NCBI GenBank assembly: GCA_001655205.1
Contig: LPNZ01009306.1
Coordinates: 11,902-75,901 of the forward strand
Length of the DNA: 64,000 bases
Origin: Lenisia limosa
Lineage: Eukaryota > Protista > Breviatea
Direction of reading: 5' to 3'
Part shown: in pieces, positions 23,870 through 37,600 of the stretch
Layout: the number at the start of each line of letters is the position of its first letter
Numbering within the stretch: the first letter of the stretch is position 1
Program-made: the position numbers and the translations under genes
Notes under the pieces: generated by a model
Seen by the model: only the letters and a program-made list of their open reading frames with translations
Told to the model about the DNA's origin: nothing
Databases searched by the model: none

Positions 23870-26800
23870 TTAGCAAGGCTGACAAACTCTGTCTGCTGTG
23901 TTTGTGCATTCAGTACCGATGCATTCGGCACACGTCTGGCAAGCTAAAGGAATAACAAGACAGCGCCAGCCACTTACCCGTGCAAACATCATTGGAACTC
24001 ATAGCTCCAGTGCTCACATGAAAGTGGTTCGTCCTATACCATGATGCAACACAAGAGCCTTACGTGCAAGCGCCGCAAGTTTCACCATTTCCACCCGCAC
24101 GATTGAGAGTTGAACAATCACTGCAGCCTCTATCAGAGCTCGAAATGCAACTAGCAATTTGGTACTGAGAATCTGTGCAAGTGGTACATGCTAATAGAGA
24201 TAAGCGAAGAACTGTCCTCACCTTGGCATATTGACACCCCAGAGGTACTCTCACTGGGATTAAAATATCCAAATTTACACTCTCCACACAAGTAATATGA
24301 ATCAAGGCCTTCTCTGTTGAGTTCAGCACATGAAACAGTGACTGTATTTTGGTTATCCTGGCACTCAGAAAGAATAGCCTTCTCATAACCACCCACTTCA
24401 CAATCTAAATATAATAAACAAATATCACGTGTGAGTCTCACCTGAACACACAGAAGAGGCAGCAATGTCTCCATTGATATTATTGTATTTACCAGCAGCA
24501 CACGATCCACAAGTCACACCATTGTTGTTGTACCTCCCAATGGAAAGGCATGAGATACATGTTCGGTCTGTTTGCCCAGAACATAGTGTGGCTTCGTAAT
24601 ACAAGTTATCACACGGAGATGCACAGCCTAATCAGGTGAGTAAAATACCCTCTGCATTCAAACCTGAACAAGGGGTATTTGAATTGATATGTCCTGAGGT
24701 GGACTCATACATATTTGAGGAGCATGTCCCACAAATAACTCCATTATTTGAGTGCCGTCCAATAGCACTACAACCTGAGCAGACAGTATTGGACGTGGTT
24801 GTACAGAGTGTTGAAATGTAATGTGTTGCTGAACAAGAAGAGCAAGCTAGACAAGTTAGAAACAACAATGCCCCACCGTTACACGTTGTTGTAGCGGCTT
24901 CGTTACCGTCTCCTTCCCTCCAGTGGGTCGAAAGACAGGCGCCGCAAAGGTCTCCACTTTGGGAGCCTCGGTGAAGGTCACCAGAGCAGCTTCCGGTGTT
25001 GGTATTTGATATGCTTGTGCAGCTGTCAATGAGGTACTCATCTGCGTCGACTGTCGAGCAGGCTGGGGGTGTGAGGCAAGGCGGCTAACTTACCATAACA
25101 GGAATTGGTTCCAAAAAGCCACCCCAAGATCGGAAAATAATATTCATCAGCACACTTTCCGCAAATGTCACCATCCCCATTGACTCGATGAATCGATTCA
25201 CAAGAGACACATTGGAGATTGGCTGTTTTGCTACAGTGTTATATTTGAGTAGAGCCTTTCAAACCTGCATTCAGCATCTCTGAAATGTGTATTGGCACAG
25301 GATGCCTTACAAACTGCAGCATTATCTTTCACAAACAAGACCTACTTGAGCACAGCGTATTAACACCGATGGTTCCTCCATCGCCAGACCGAAAGTAGTT
25401 GGTTGAACAAGTACCGCACGTGACCCGATTGTGGCCATCTCTGTGGAGAGACGCACAAGTTGCGCAAGTAGTCTGCGCTGTCAGCGTGCACGCTGTGACT
25501 TCGTAGCTTGTCGTCAAACAGCCGACACATTCTGAGTAACATGAACAATGAATACAGTGAGTGGTACATACGTCCGCACATGGTGTTCGCTGAAATGTCG
25601 CCGTCGTCGGCCTTCCAGAATCCTGTACTGCATGTGCCACACGTGAAGCCATCTCCACCATTTCGGAACTTCGATGAACAGTCCGTGCATACAATGTCTG
25701 TTGTAAGTGTGCACGTCCCGGTTTTGAATTTGGAAGTTGGGCAAATTGTTCGACATTCTAGAGAATTATCAGAACGTAATCCAACCAGTGCATGGGAGAT
25801 TGCCGTCTGTGTCCCCTGCTGATGTCTCAAAGTAGCCAACATTGCATGAAGAGCACAAGTTTCCTTCCATGTGAAAAAAGGAGACACATTATCTTACCCC
25901 ATTCGCCTCCTCTGTTGATGTCGATACACCATCCACATTGCATGTCGGAGGTGGTTGTGCATTCCGCCGACTTGTATTTACTGAATGTACATTCGGTTTC
26001 ACAAGCTGACAATTAAAACAGAAAAAAACAAAAAAAACTAACCAAAACAGTTAGAATTGCTGTTAATACCGCCTGATGCAATGTTATAGTAACTAGGTGA
26101 ACAATGGCCACATGTGATTCCGTTGTTAGAGTTTCTGAACTGAGCGGAACAGTCCCCACAGGTGGTATCAGAAGTCTACGGTAATTAGCAAAAACAGTCC
26201 TTACAAGAGTACAGGCGTTTGTGACATAATGTGTATTCGGACAAACGGTACAACCTTAAAACAGTTAAACATCGTTGTACAAACATACTCGTGCATTCAG
26301 ACTTTCCTGAAATTGCTCCTTCTAAGAGGTGGTAGTAGGTGCTCTGGCAGGTTCCACAGAGGGTGCCGGCAAGCCCGTTGCGATGAAGGGATGTGCACGT
26401 TCCACAGACCTAATTGTCAATTTTAAGGTGACAAACAGTGTTAACATTGCTGCATGGGGTATGAAGATAATTTGAAAACTCAGCACATAATTGACAGTCT
26501 AAACAGTTATACAAAGAGTTCAACAAACATTGGCACATTGAAATGTAGCTTGGGAAATCCTCAGTTCCATGGTAATATCCTGGAAGACAGCTTCCACACT
26601 TGTTTCCACTTTGATTTTCTCGAAATACATTTGAGCAGATTTCACACTGGGTGTCAACTTTGGGCTGACATGCAACCTTTAGGAAGGTGGTGTTTTCATC
26701 GCAAAGATTACAGCCTAAATGATAAATATTTTTTGGGAATAGACTATTCGTAAGGCTTTGGGCAAAAATCCAACCCCAAACTGTTACATGTGTCAATTCG

Positions 26801-28374
26801 ATCAGCGTCATTGTTGATATGCCAATACGTGGGCTAGAGGCTCATGAGAAGTGGCACAGCATACCAGACAAAGGCCACAGTTGTTCCCGACCATATCGAA
26901 GCGATGAACATCGACACAAAGGGCACATTCCGCCGACTTCACGTTTATCTCGCATTCATTAACCCGGTATGTGGACGCTCCTTCACACTTTGCACAATCT
27001 AGATGTCATTCTTACAATCCGCTGTCCCTACTAGCGTAACATTTGGCATCTCTTGACCAGCCTCCTAAAGAGTCACAATTGCTTTAATAAGTGTGTGTCA
27101 GTTTGAGAGGCACAAACAAACCGGAAGGACTGCATGTTAACGTCTCATCAATAAACGGCAAATCCATTGGATCGCAAACTCCCTATACAATGAAAGCAAA
27201 CAGCGAAACTCAGTTTGGCTACGGCCTCATAGTAACAGAGCCTCCATTGGAAAATTGTCCAAAATCCCCATTCTACCTCCAGATGGATGTCAGCGGAGTA
27301 GGGCCCGGTTCCTCGAGGTCTTTGGAAGTTGGATATTATTATGGACACCACAGGGTCGGATACAGGTCCAGTAAAGTCGCATATATGGTCTGTGGAAATA
27401 GTCAATAATAGTTGGTTGGCAATTCAATCTAGGAGGAATATATATATACTACCTAAGATGTAGGTTCCATTTACCGGATTCAATTTTTTTTTTATCTTTT
27501 TCTTCTAAATCCAACTTTTTTAAAGGAGTTTCTTTTTTATCTCGAGAGAAACAGCATTTTTTACAGTCAGGCTTGGGTTTTAACTCATACCATTCAGCTG
27601 GAACAACAACTTCCTGTGAATAATATCACACTATAATAAACAAATTTGATTTGTTCTGTTTTCACGACCACGCCAGCTTTTCCAGCCGAAGAAATGACCA
27701 CAATGGGAAAAAACGAAAAAAATTCGAATTTTGGAATCTCAAAAAAATTCGGTACTTTTCGGTCTACCCAGTTTTTTTCTGACAACTTTTCACTGTAAGG
27801 GTTTTTTTTCATTTCTGTCTCGATAAAAATACCAGCTGATAAATTAATAAAAGTACAACTTAGGTCCCCATACTTTATATACTCCTCCTAGATTCAATCA
27901 CCCCCCCCCCTCACAAACCTGTGACTAAAGCTGAGAGTGAACTCTGAACAGGTTAATCGTCATAATATTTCTTACCTTGATGTCAGCAAAGTCTTGAAAC
28001 GCCACATTCTCGAGATTATCAACCTAAAGATGAGCCGAGAAAAGAGTTTCCAAATGATTATATTCGATTAGCATGGAAGAATTATCTGTATCCCACAAGC
28101 CCACCATGGTATCCACCGAATTTTTGGTCGAGACCGATGATATGTTTTGAAAAGTAGATTCATTGTGCAAAGATAATGTTTTGCTGTGTAACCTGAATGG
28201 TCAAATCTTTCGGCGCATAAGCGCATAATTCACCCGACAGATGAAACCCCTTTATTCATTTTAATTTCAAAACTAGAATTACTGTCTATATCATTGCTAT
28301 AATACAATAATATCAAACCTTAAGGACTCATTGACTGCGAAAAGAGCAGCAAAGAGAAGAACGAGAATAAACAT
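23870..28374 (-). CDS. Secreted cysteine-rich protein with 11 or more TNFR-like repeats
   Basis: Signal-peptide-like MFILVLLFAALFAVNESL, followed by about 60-aa repeats CxxC...Y....C.....T.C..C....R......CG.C; ends ...ADRVCQPC* with no TM segment seen. Confidence 0.75.
27429..27891. mobile_element. MITE family B (about 463 bp) in an intron of the Cys-rich gene
   Basis: Imperfect TIRs CTAGGAGGA(A/G)TATATA...ACCTAAG(A/T)TGTA. Flanked by a direct repeat ATTCAAT(C) at 27422-27429 and 27892-27899. Confidence 0.7.
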
Positions 28375-28930
28375 ATGATTGGAATGTGGACTTCAGATAT
28401 TTTCGTTATATTCCATTTTGGAGCAAGTTAGTTGGCTATAGTGCCCTTTCTTTATTTCTCCTTTTTTTTAACTTTTTTAACTGTCTGTCTGAGGGGCGGG
28501 GGGGGGGGGGNNNNNNNNNNNNNNNNNNNNNNNNNNNNNNNNNNNNNNNNNNNNNNNNNNNNNNNNNNNNNNNNNNNNNNNNNNNNNNNNNNNNNNNNNN
28601 NNNNNNNNNNNNGTCTTGCAGTTTCCCTTGTCTTCCTCTCCATCTCAAGATATAATATATTTATAATATGATTACAGTATGATATTATCCCTATGATCAG
28701 CCTATGATCACTCTCTGATAATATTTGTACGTTACTACGTTATACGTTACTAACACAGCTAACTTACGTTAAAACTTCAAGCTGCAGAGACATATCCACT
28801 ATTCACATTCATTCGACAATTTTTAGTGCTTAAACTAAAAGGTTTGTTGTTGAATCATTGTGAATATTAAATATGTTGATAATTTTTTTTTTTTTTTTGC
28901 AAAGTCTCTGATAACATCTTGCAGTGAAAG

Positions 28931-31900
28931 ATGAGTGAGTCTGATTCAGATTCTTCCTTTGCATTTTCCGTCAGAAAAAACCGACAGGTGGAAACGGTAA
29001 GCTGAACATAATGAAGGCTTTTCAAATTGGTACACTCCACTTTTTCATTGTCCATATTTTCAAGGCCCTCACACTTTAGTCTGGTACTTCCAGCAACTCC
29101 TTGTCGAACAGGTTCCAAAACAATGTACGTTCTTCATTTTGTTACGCATGTTTTTCTTCGGATGCGGGTTACAGTATTTTGTGAGTACGTGTTGTTTAGT
29201 TCCGACCTCACTGAACGCCAGCCAATCTAAAAGAGAATGAAATTTATTGAAAAGAAACAACAGCAGGGCTTTTTTACGGCAGCTTCTGACAAATACGAGA
29301 GAAATATCTCAATTCTGTCAGGTCTCTGTGAAAATAATCTAACAGTCAAAGCAATAAAAGATGTTTGACAAGCAGGTTGACGAGATCTTTTCGCAGCAGC
29401 ATGCACGCAACGTTGCCGCCCTAGCCTCAACGGACAAGCTGGGCGAGGACCAGTGTTGGAACGCTTGGGTGGGCCCCTAAATGGGAAATGTGTTCGGTTT
29501 GCAAACCGCTCCGATATCACCTTTGACAAGGACATCCACACGGTACAAATTAATTTAGTGTGTTTGTTTTAAAGTAACACTGCAGCAAACGATGCACCCT
29601 TCTGTTCAGTCTCTTGTTGAGAGTTCATCAGAATCAAAGGTATGATTCTTATTATCAAATCACTTTATGTATCATTTTCACGTGTGTTACTATCATTTTT
29701 CACGCAGTGATGTGATACTTCATATACACACGTATGATAATTGTCAATGATAAGACACACTCGGGATGAACCTTCGTTCATCATTTTGACTCGAAGGTCA
29801 GTCATATGACCATATCATTAGTGGATATGGGTCAAGTTATCTTTGTACACGGTTTTATGAGACATTATGTTAAGTTGTCTTTCATACATGGTACATCAGC
29901 ACATTCGCGTTCACCCCCAAGCTCCGGAATTCCATTGCCAAAGTCGTCTCCGCATCATCCCTCAAAGCCTCATCGCATGCCACTCTCCTGTCACACTCTC
30001 CTCCCAAACACCTGACAGTTCCCCTCACACAGTCTCGCGTACAGGCCACGTCCACAACATCCGTCCAAAAACCTGACCTTCCTCTCCAGAGTGACCTTTC
30101 ATCTCTTGGGGCCAAAGAAAGCCCTCGTCAAGAGCCTGTTCCAAGGTCCCTTTCTCGCCCTGTTGCTAAGACTCCAACCGCGCCAGCTGTGACGCCAGCG
30201 CAACATTTCACGCCGCATTCACTGCCAACACTCAGCCCCCCTGTACTCAGCCCGATAGTCACCCACACCCAGAGCAGGGTTGCCTTCCGCCCAACACCGG
30301 AGCACTTTGGCAGTCTCCAATCCAGTCAGCTACCAAGGCCAGTCAGACAGTTCCACACTTCCTCAGTCCCCACGCACAACTATGTGTCACCATCGCCATT
30401 CATCCCACAGCCCTACATTGCCACGCATACGAACAATTATTCGCAATACCCCCCTATTCCCCAACCAGTCCCCCAACAAACTCCCCAACTCTCAAATCTC
30501 CAATCCTCCGCTCCTCTTTTTAGCCCCCAAGAAAGACCGTCCCACCGAGCGGGCACTTCAGCTGACAATGTGTCTGCTCTGACTGCTCTCAAGGCGGTAG
30601 CAGCTGATGTCAGAGTCCTCACCGTGGGCCTTTTACTCAGGGTGCCTTTTCTGCTTATATGAGTCAAATAGAAATGATATACCCTCATTTCAAAGCATCA
30701 CCTCGATTTAGGATTGCGATTTTGAAATTATGTAGATATGAGTAATACTTCAAGTTAGCCCAACTGTAACGTTTTTTATGAATAATGTGTTATTTGCCCC
30801 ATTTTTTTGTCTGCCTACAATGATACCCTCTAATACTGCAGACTGACGTGGTGAAGAAGCTGAGTCAATCCACTACCGCTTCATCTGAAGGCACTAAGGT
30901 CCACCAGAGCTCCAGCAGGGCGTTCCAGTCAGAACCGCAGTTTTCATTACCAAACAGATACACTGTTCCGAATAACCTTGAACACCGAACGTCTCTTCAG
31001 ATGCCTGCCCTCAACCCCGACATTTCTGCCCCAAAAAGGGTAGGTCAGTATTCATCAACTTAGTTAATTGTAGCATTATGTTTGCCCCTCAAGCGACCCA
31101 TTTGTCCCCAAAGTAACTGCACCAGTCCAGCCCAAAGGCCAGCCCAAGTCTGTTATTTGTTTTGGGGTTGGAAGATTTCTGACCTTTTAGTTCTCCACCT
31201 TACAATGAGGCTGATAAGGCTTTAAAAGAGTTTCAATCAACATTAGACCCACAGCTTATACCGACATTCCATCACAAAAGAGATGAAATTTCAGCAGCCA
31301 TTAACAAGGTGAAATTGTGCTTCCTTTGTTGAAGGCTTACTATTGCAGATTCTTGAGAAGTCATCAGACAAGAAAACTCAGGAGCAAGATCATGTGAAAG
31401 TGTTGGAAGTCGCCTCTGAGCCAATTGAGTCAAAAGTGGTCAGAGAAGATAAACCAGAAGACTTACCAAATTATTCAGCCACTTACCTTCCTCCTCACTC
31501 CACGACATACGAACCTGTTTGAAGGGATATGAGCGCCTTCCCTATTATACTCTTTCACTATCTCTTCTTCTTTTTTTTTTTTTTNNNNNNNNNNNNNNNN
31601 NNNNNNNNNNNNNNNNNNNNNTATTTTACATTCCACAGGATCCAATAGCCTTCAGACGGAACGACATCAGTCAAGACCCTGAAGCACTGTTAGCTTTGCT
31701 CCAAGCCAAAATGGCCGAAAAGAAACAGAAGGAGGCTGAACTTGGTCTTTTAAGTATGCATCTGGAACTGAATTTTATCAGCTCGTCTCAAAATAGGGTG
31801 GTATTTTCTAGCAAAAATTACCCCCCTCCCCACTATTCTTTTACAAACATTGTCACTTTTACCTCTTTTGAAATAAAATCTCTCAAAATTACCACCAGTC

Positions 31901-32316
31901 TCCCAACGTCTCCATGGCACACCAAGCCTGGGTAACAGGAAAATGGACGGACAAATCAAGAACACTAAGTCGAAAAGACCTCGAAAGTATGATGATAATG
32001 TCATGAATAGATTTCGTCCCCACTGCACCAGCGATAACTTTTCAGGTCTACAAATGCAAAAACCAAAAGGCTTCAGTTCCAAGTAGGTGTCATTGGGCTT
32101 CCTTGTGTGGTTGTTTACCTTTATTAACGTCTAAAGAACGTGGAAGAGTATTCAAGTCAACGGCTTACAAGAGGAAAAGAGGTCTTTCCAAGGCAACCAC
32201 GGTAAGCTGAGTCTTTGACCGACCTTTTTCATTGACTCTGGACTTGATCTTGACACTACAGCTCATATGCCACTGATAGTATTATGTGGAAGGCTAACCG
32301 CTGCCCATCACATTAG
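28931..32316 (+). CDS. Hypothetical Ser/Pro/Gln-rich multi-exon protein; model and 3' end uncertain
   Basis: Starts MSESDSDSSFAFSVRKNRQ; long Pro/Ser-rich exon at about 29890-30590; consistent plus-strand GT-AG introns; no domain recognised. Confidence 0.5.
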
Positions 32317-32431
32317 GACGAGAGGTCTGTGTATTTATCTAAGTATTTTTCTATGGTGCCCGGAGTATTATTTATTTATCTCAATGTTCAATTACCACTT
32401 GAGATACGGGGTGATGGTGTATTGTATGACA

Positions 32432-34208
32432 TTACCTCTTAATGGCAGCAAGTTCGTTGATTCTGGACATTTCAATGGTTTCAGTTCCGTCCTTCCGAAG
32501 AGCAGCATTCTCAATCATTGCTTGGTCGTCAGTAATGGCAGTTTTCGAGACAGTTACAGGGATACTTACATAGAATATTTATTCTTTATGATATCTTTTG
32601 CCTGAAGCCACTCCTCCAAAAAAAAGTGTGGAGTATTCCACGTCATAGGTGAACTTATGATTTTCTCTGGATTGTGGTTGAAGTCCAGACCTACCCTGTC
32701 CAACATCAGCAACATCAATCATGCTGCCCTTAGTCCAGCTCTTCGGGAAGATTCCGAGAGTCAGAGCATATGTTCGCTCGAAAAAACGAAACTCTGGTCT
32801 CTCTCGAGCATTCAGTAATCCGGGGCGGAAGATGCTGGAAAGTGACACGAATTCAAGAATGAATTGTGAAAATATTGATATTCCGTTTCTGGCCAGATGC
32901 ATTTGTCCATATTTGTGTCAAGGCTTACGCAGCACTTGGGAAATTTATTGCTGCGACCTTCTTCTCGACAGTTCCCTTGACACGCATGTAAAAGAAGTTG
33001 CTTTGAGGATGCGCCTTAGTTGACGACACCAAACTGAAGTGTTTTGCCTGTATCTATTAGTGATTCCACTTTGAGAGGCAAGGCATAATCACGATATTAT
33101 GTGTTCTATGATGATGTCACAAAGTGCCAAATGTACAAACCCCAGCGTTTTTTGCGGCTTCTGCAGCAGTGAGGACGAAGTCATGGTCAACTCTCAGCTG
33201 CCCCTGGTGGCACAAACAGTAAGGAAAGATAGTTTGGTTGAAGCTCAGTCCAAATTAGGGATTGCGTTCAGTGATAAAAGAACTTTTGATTCCCAAGATG
33301 GTCATTCAATTAGAACACAGCTGGAAAGAAACTAGGTACCTCCTCCTCACACCTCTTTACCCGCTGCACCTCGGGTGGTGCCTAAACAACAATACACCTC
33401 ATCTGACTCTTGCAGACAGCCCACGAGATCTGTGAATGATGGACCTGAGGTGTGAATTGCGTTTATATAGTATCCGTATTATATAAGATATGATATGCAT
33501 TGTTGGGGTTAATGTGAATCGTGTATAGACTATATCATCATATGTATACATATCACCAAGGATATGGAGAAAGGAGCAAAAGGAGGACAAACCCCCCAAA
33601 TTCCTCCATATAGTAATGGGGAGGGACCACTTTAACTTCAAACTTCCCTCAAACCTCTGGCGCTTAGCCTTTCATCCTCTGTCTTTCCTGGCTCTCCTGC
33701 TGCGTCTTCAAAATCCACTTTCTGTCAAGGGAAGGAATGTGAGGCTAGAATGCCAAAATTGCCCCCCCACCCTAACGGAGACCCACAAACCACAAAGGAC
33801 AACTTTTCATTTTCAATTCCCTCAATTGGTCGTCTTCCTAAAACGAGAACCTAAATTGTCACCCCCTCTTCATCAGCTTGAAATATATGAGTGATTTGGG
33901 TTGGAAGGAGGAAACAAAAACGATACGATACCCACGATGATCTTGCTTATTGCCGAGTAAATGTCCATAAAACTTGCTAATCTCATTTCCCCCAAGCATA
34001 GCATGCAAATCAGAGAGGTTACCTTGGAGTATTCAGTTCTGGCAAGGAGGTTGGAAACTAGTGGCTTCCCAATAGCCCCAGTAGCTCCTATAATCAATAA
34101 ACTAAAGCAAAGGACATCAAGTGAATAACATAAGAGCGGCAATTAGAATTGGATATTGATGACAGATAATGCGCTCTCATTCCCACCAAATACAGCAGCT
34201 GTTGGCAT
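32432..34208 (-). CDS. HTATIP2: TIP30/CC3-like atypical SDR oxidoreductase (HTATIP2/Fmp52)
   Basis: MPTAAVFGATGAIGKPLV; VYCCLGTTRGAAGKEGQLRVDHDFV; SNFFYMRVKGTVEKKV; IFRPGLL. Confidence 0.88.
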
Positions 34209-34698
34209 TTTGGTGGTTCTGGCAGTTCTGTTTTTGCGTTGCTTCTTTTGGAAAAAAAAACACTCAAATTATAATTATTAATTTAATGAACCAAAAAAAA
34301 AAAGGGGGGGGGGATGGTCAAGCCAAGGGGCGGNNNNNNNNNNNNNNNNNNNNNNNNNNNNNNNNNNNNNNNNNNNNNNNNNNNNNNNNNNNNNNNNNNN
34401 NNNNNNNNNNNNNNNNNNNNNNNNNNNNNNNNNNNNNNNNNNNNNCCTCGTGAGCGGGCTAGTTTATATCAGCTGGCGATCCTTAATTATTAAAAAATAC
34501 AAAAAATCTACAATGCCCCCTTTTCCTGAATTCCCTAAAAAACCTAAACTTGTAACACAACTCTAGCTTTCGCTTTTTAATAATTTAAATAAAAAACCCT
34601 CTGATCCCTGATCAATAAAATCCCCTTTGAAACTAATGTTATCACACATCTCAAGTAGTACATTAAGAAACAAATGTGTCAAAACAATAAATAGGGCT

Positions 34699-37600
34699 TT
34701 ATCTGTCGTAACCCTTGACATGCCACCGAATAGCGTCCAACAGATGGCTGTTGATGGGGCTTTCACCAAGATGGAGTTTGGTTTGAACGTCTCGAACCTG
34801 AGGGGGATGTTAGTTACTCACAACAAAAGGATAATTGCATTGATTCAAAAAAAAAAAGCATGATCAAGAATCAATCAAGAGCAGATAAGCAAAAAGTCAC
34901 GCTTTCACCTACTTTAGCCATTCCGTAGTGAGACACCATTGCGAACAGTGCGTTTGGAATACAGGGTGGTACTCTTCCAGGTCCGTACTATATCGTCAAA
35001 TAATTGTGCGGTATTGGATGCTAAGCTTTAGATGATATCATTCTTTGAAGGGCTCACATTGTCTATGACCTGTTTGAGGAAGTTGTGGGCGCAACTCAGT
35101 GTATCGTTGAGTCTCCCAGATTTGTAAATGGTGGTCATCAGAGCCGTCCTTTGTTGTGAGCGTTATGTACCTGGATTTACATATATACATGTATCAAAAA
35201 GTGTGCATAATATATCATATTCTATGTACAAAATCTACTCACCAGGCTGGGAGGTAGAATGAAGTGGCTACGGCGGCCCTCCAAGCGTCTTCTGCCCGGT
35301 CCGGCTCAAACATCCGTGTAGCCAAGTTGGCCAAAAGGTGCCATTCATGAGACGTACGGTCGCATCGTTTCTGAGTGTTTCGGTACGGCCTATTTGCGAA
35401 TTATTCAAAAAGTCACCAATCAGTATGAAACTATTGTAATTATTATGAGCTGTTTTGATAGAGAGAGCAACTTGACTCGTGTAGCATACTCATCAACATT
35501 CTGCCAGTGAACGAAAGTGCGTACATCCTGGAAAGCAGCCTGAAAACACTGGTCCAACCATCTAAATGATCAGCCATGGTCAAAGCTACACCAATATCGC
35601 AGAATGCCATTGCTGCGACACGTCAGCGTCGCTTACTGGCTGCAAAACACTTTTCCTCCCTCAGTGCCGTCGTCAAAAACGGAAAGGGTCTTGGCTTCCA
35701 GTGGCGTGGTCAAGTGCGTCTTCGATGCTGGCCTAAGGGGTTACAAGTTGGGATATGGTCCGAAAAGATCGGTATCGATATTTACTATTTATTTATCAAA
35801 AAAAAAGCCTCATTTGAGACCGAAGGTGAACCCTGGTAGGAAACAGTGACACGACCCACGTTGCAAGATCTGATGTGTCCAAAGTCGGCGACGGTTTTGG
35901 AGAAGGTTCAGATGGTGTGTCTGAACTTGTCAAAAAGGTCTGCAGCGATACAACAAGAGAAAGTAACCAATAAATGAGGCAAACCGTTGATAGGTTGTGT
36001 GGGAGTGTCATTGGAAGGGGGTGTGGATGGCTCAGCTTCAGGGGAAAGCTCTTTCTCTATTGTTGCCTCAACATCTGTAGGTTCCTGAGGGATTGACTCC
36101 TGAAAAGAGTCATAATTGAAAAAGAGATCAAACGGTTTTGGGAGTTGACTCTGACTCAGAAGTAACTGCTTCTTTGGGGCTTTCCTTGGGTGTGTCGGTG
36201 CCGGGAGCTTCCGTGGTTTGAGTGGGATTAGGGACTTTGGATGGAGTGGATCTGTTAAGTTAAATGTGGTGAAAACTGCCTTTCACTTAAAAAATGACAC
36301 TTACGGCTGGTGAACAGGGGTTGGTGGTACTGCGTTTTCAGACTGCATTACAAAGATCTCGGCTCTTAGCTTTAACAATAAGTATAAACAAGAAATAGTG
36401 TGAGAACAATGTTAGATTGCAACTAACTTTTAGACTCTCTGTCCATCCTTTGCCTTTAACACTGTTTGTGACCACCATATACGCGGCCTTAAGAGGTTAG
36501 CATTGTAAAACGCTTCAGTATGTTTCACGAAGCTTATAAAGTGACCAAATTCTCGCATACCTTGAACAAATCGTTAACGTCATCAGCAAGGAGGTTTTTC
36601 ACAATAGAGTTTGGAGGAAGAGGGGTCTTAAAATGTCAGCGAAATGTCAAGGAAAACAAAAGCGAACTGGATCTTCCTGAGGGTAGAGTAGGTCTCTCAT
36701 GATAGAGCATTTTGAAGAGACGGAGTGCTCAACTTTACCAGGCTTTGTGAGTCGACCTTAACCGTCATAAACTAAGATGCCCTTTCATGTTAAACGATGG
36801 TGAACTCGCAACATGTAACATACAACACCTGGACCCTACCAGGCGGGTGATGGACGTCGGCATTGTGAAGTACTCTAGAGAACCTCTTGGCTCGGTTCAG
36901 ATGGAAGAGGGCCTGTGGTCAGAAGTGCCAATAGTAGTATAACATAACAGCTTTACACTTTCACCTACATGTTTGTAGTCACCAAGCTCAACGTGGCACT
37001 GGGCAACGATGAGGTACGGCCGCACCCCTTCAGTGTTGAGGCTGAGGGCTTCGTTGCAAGCTTGAAGAGCTATGTCGTAAGCCAAAAAAAAGAGTTGAGG
37101 CTGAAAAAGAGTCCCACAAACCCTGGTCATAATTGCAAGACTGATAGTAAATGTCAGCCATTTCAACCAAAAGGCTATAGCGATACTCTGATGCAAACTC
37201 CTCCTCCGGCTTCAGAGCTTGGATGGCTAAAATCAGACGCTGAAATGGTGAAGTTCAACATGTATTTACATATGATATAGCAGAGGGAAAGATTTCTAAA
37301 TTGAATAATTTACAGAGAATTCCTCAAGTAACATTGAGTTTACCCCCTCGACTACCTCAAGAGCAGGACCGTGCTCCTTTTGGCCAACAAGGAGCCATGC
37401 AATAGGGATTTGCATCACTGGGTGCGATTTCTTAAGAGTCATTAACCAATATATGAGTATCCCAACAAGCGATTTCATCTAAAAGACCTACCAGAAGGGG
37501 CTGGAAGAAGTTCAGTCCAACTTCAACCCTACAAGTGTCCAAAAAATGCTTCACCTATATCCAGCGTCAATGAAAACTAGTTGAGCTTTCATAAATCCAT

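Noticed and set aside
28065-28080. GATTAGCATGG resembling part of U6 snRNA
   Set aside because: The flanks lack the ACAGAGA box and other U6 features, and it lies in a protein-gene intron.
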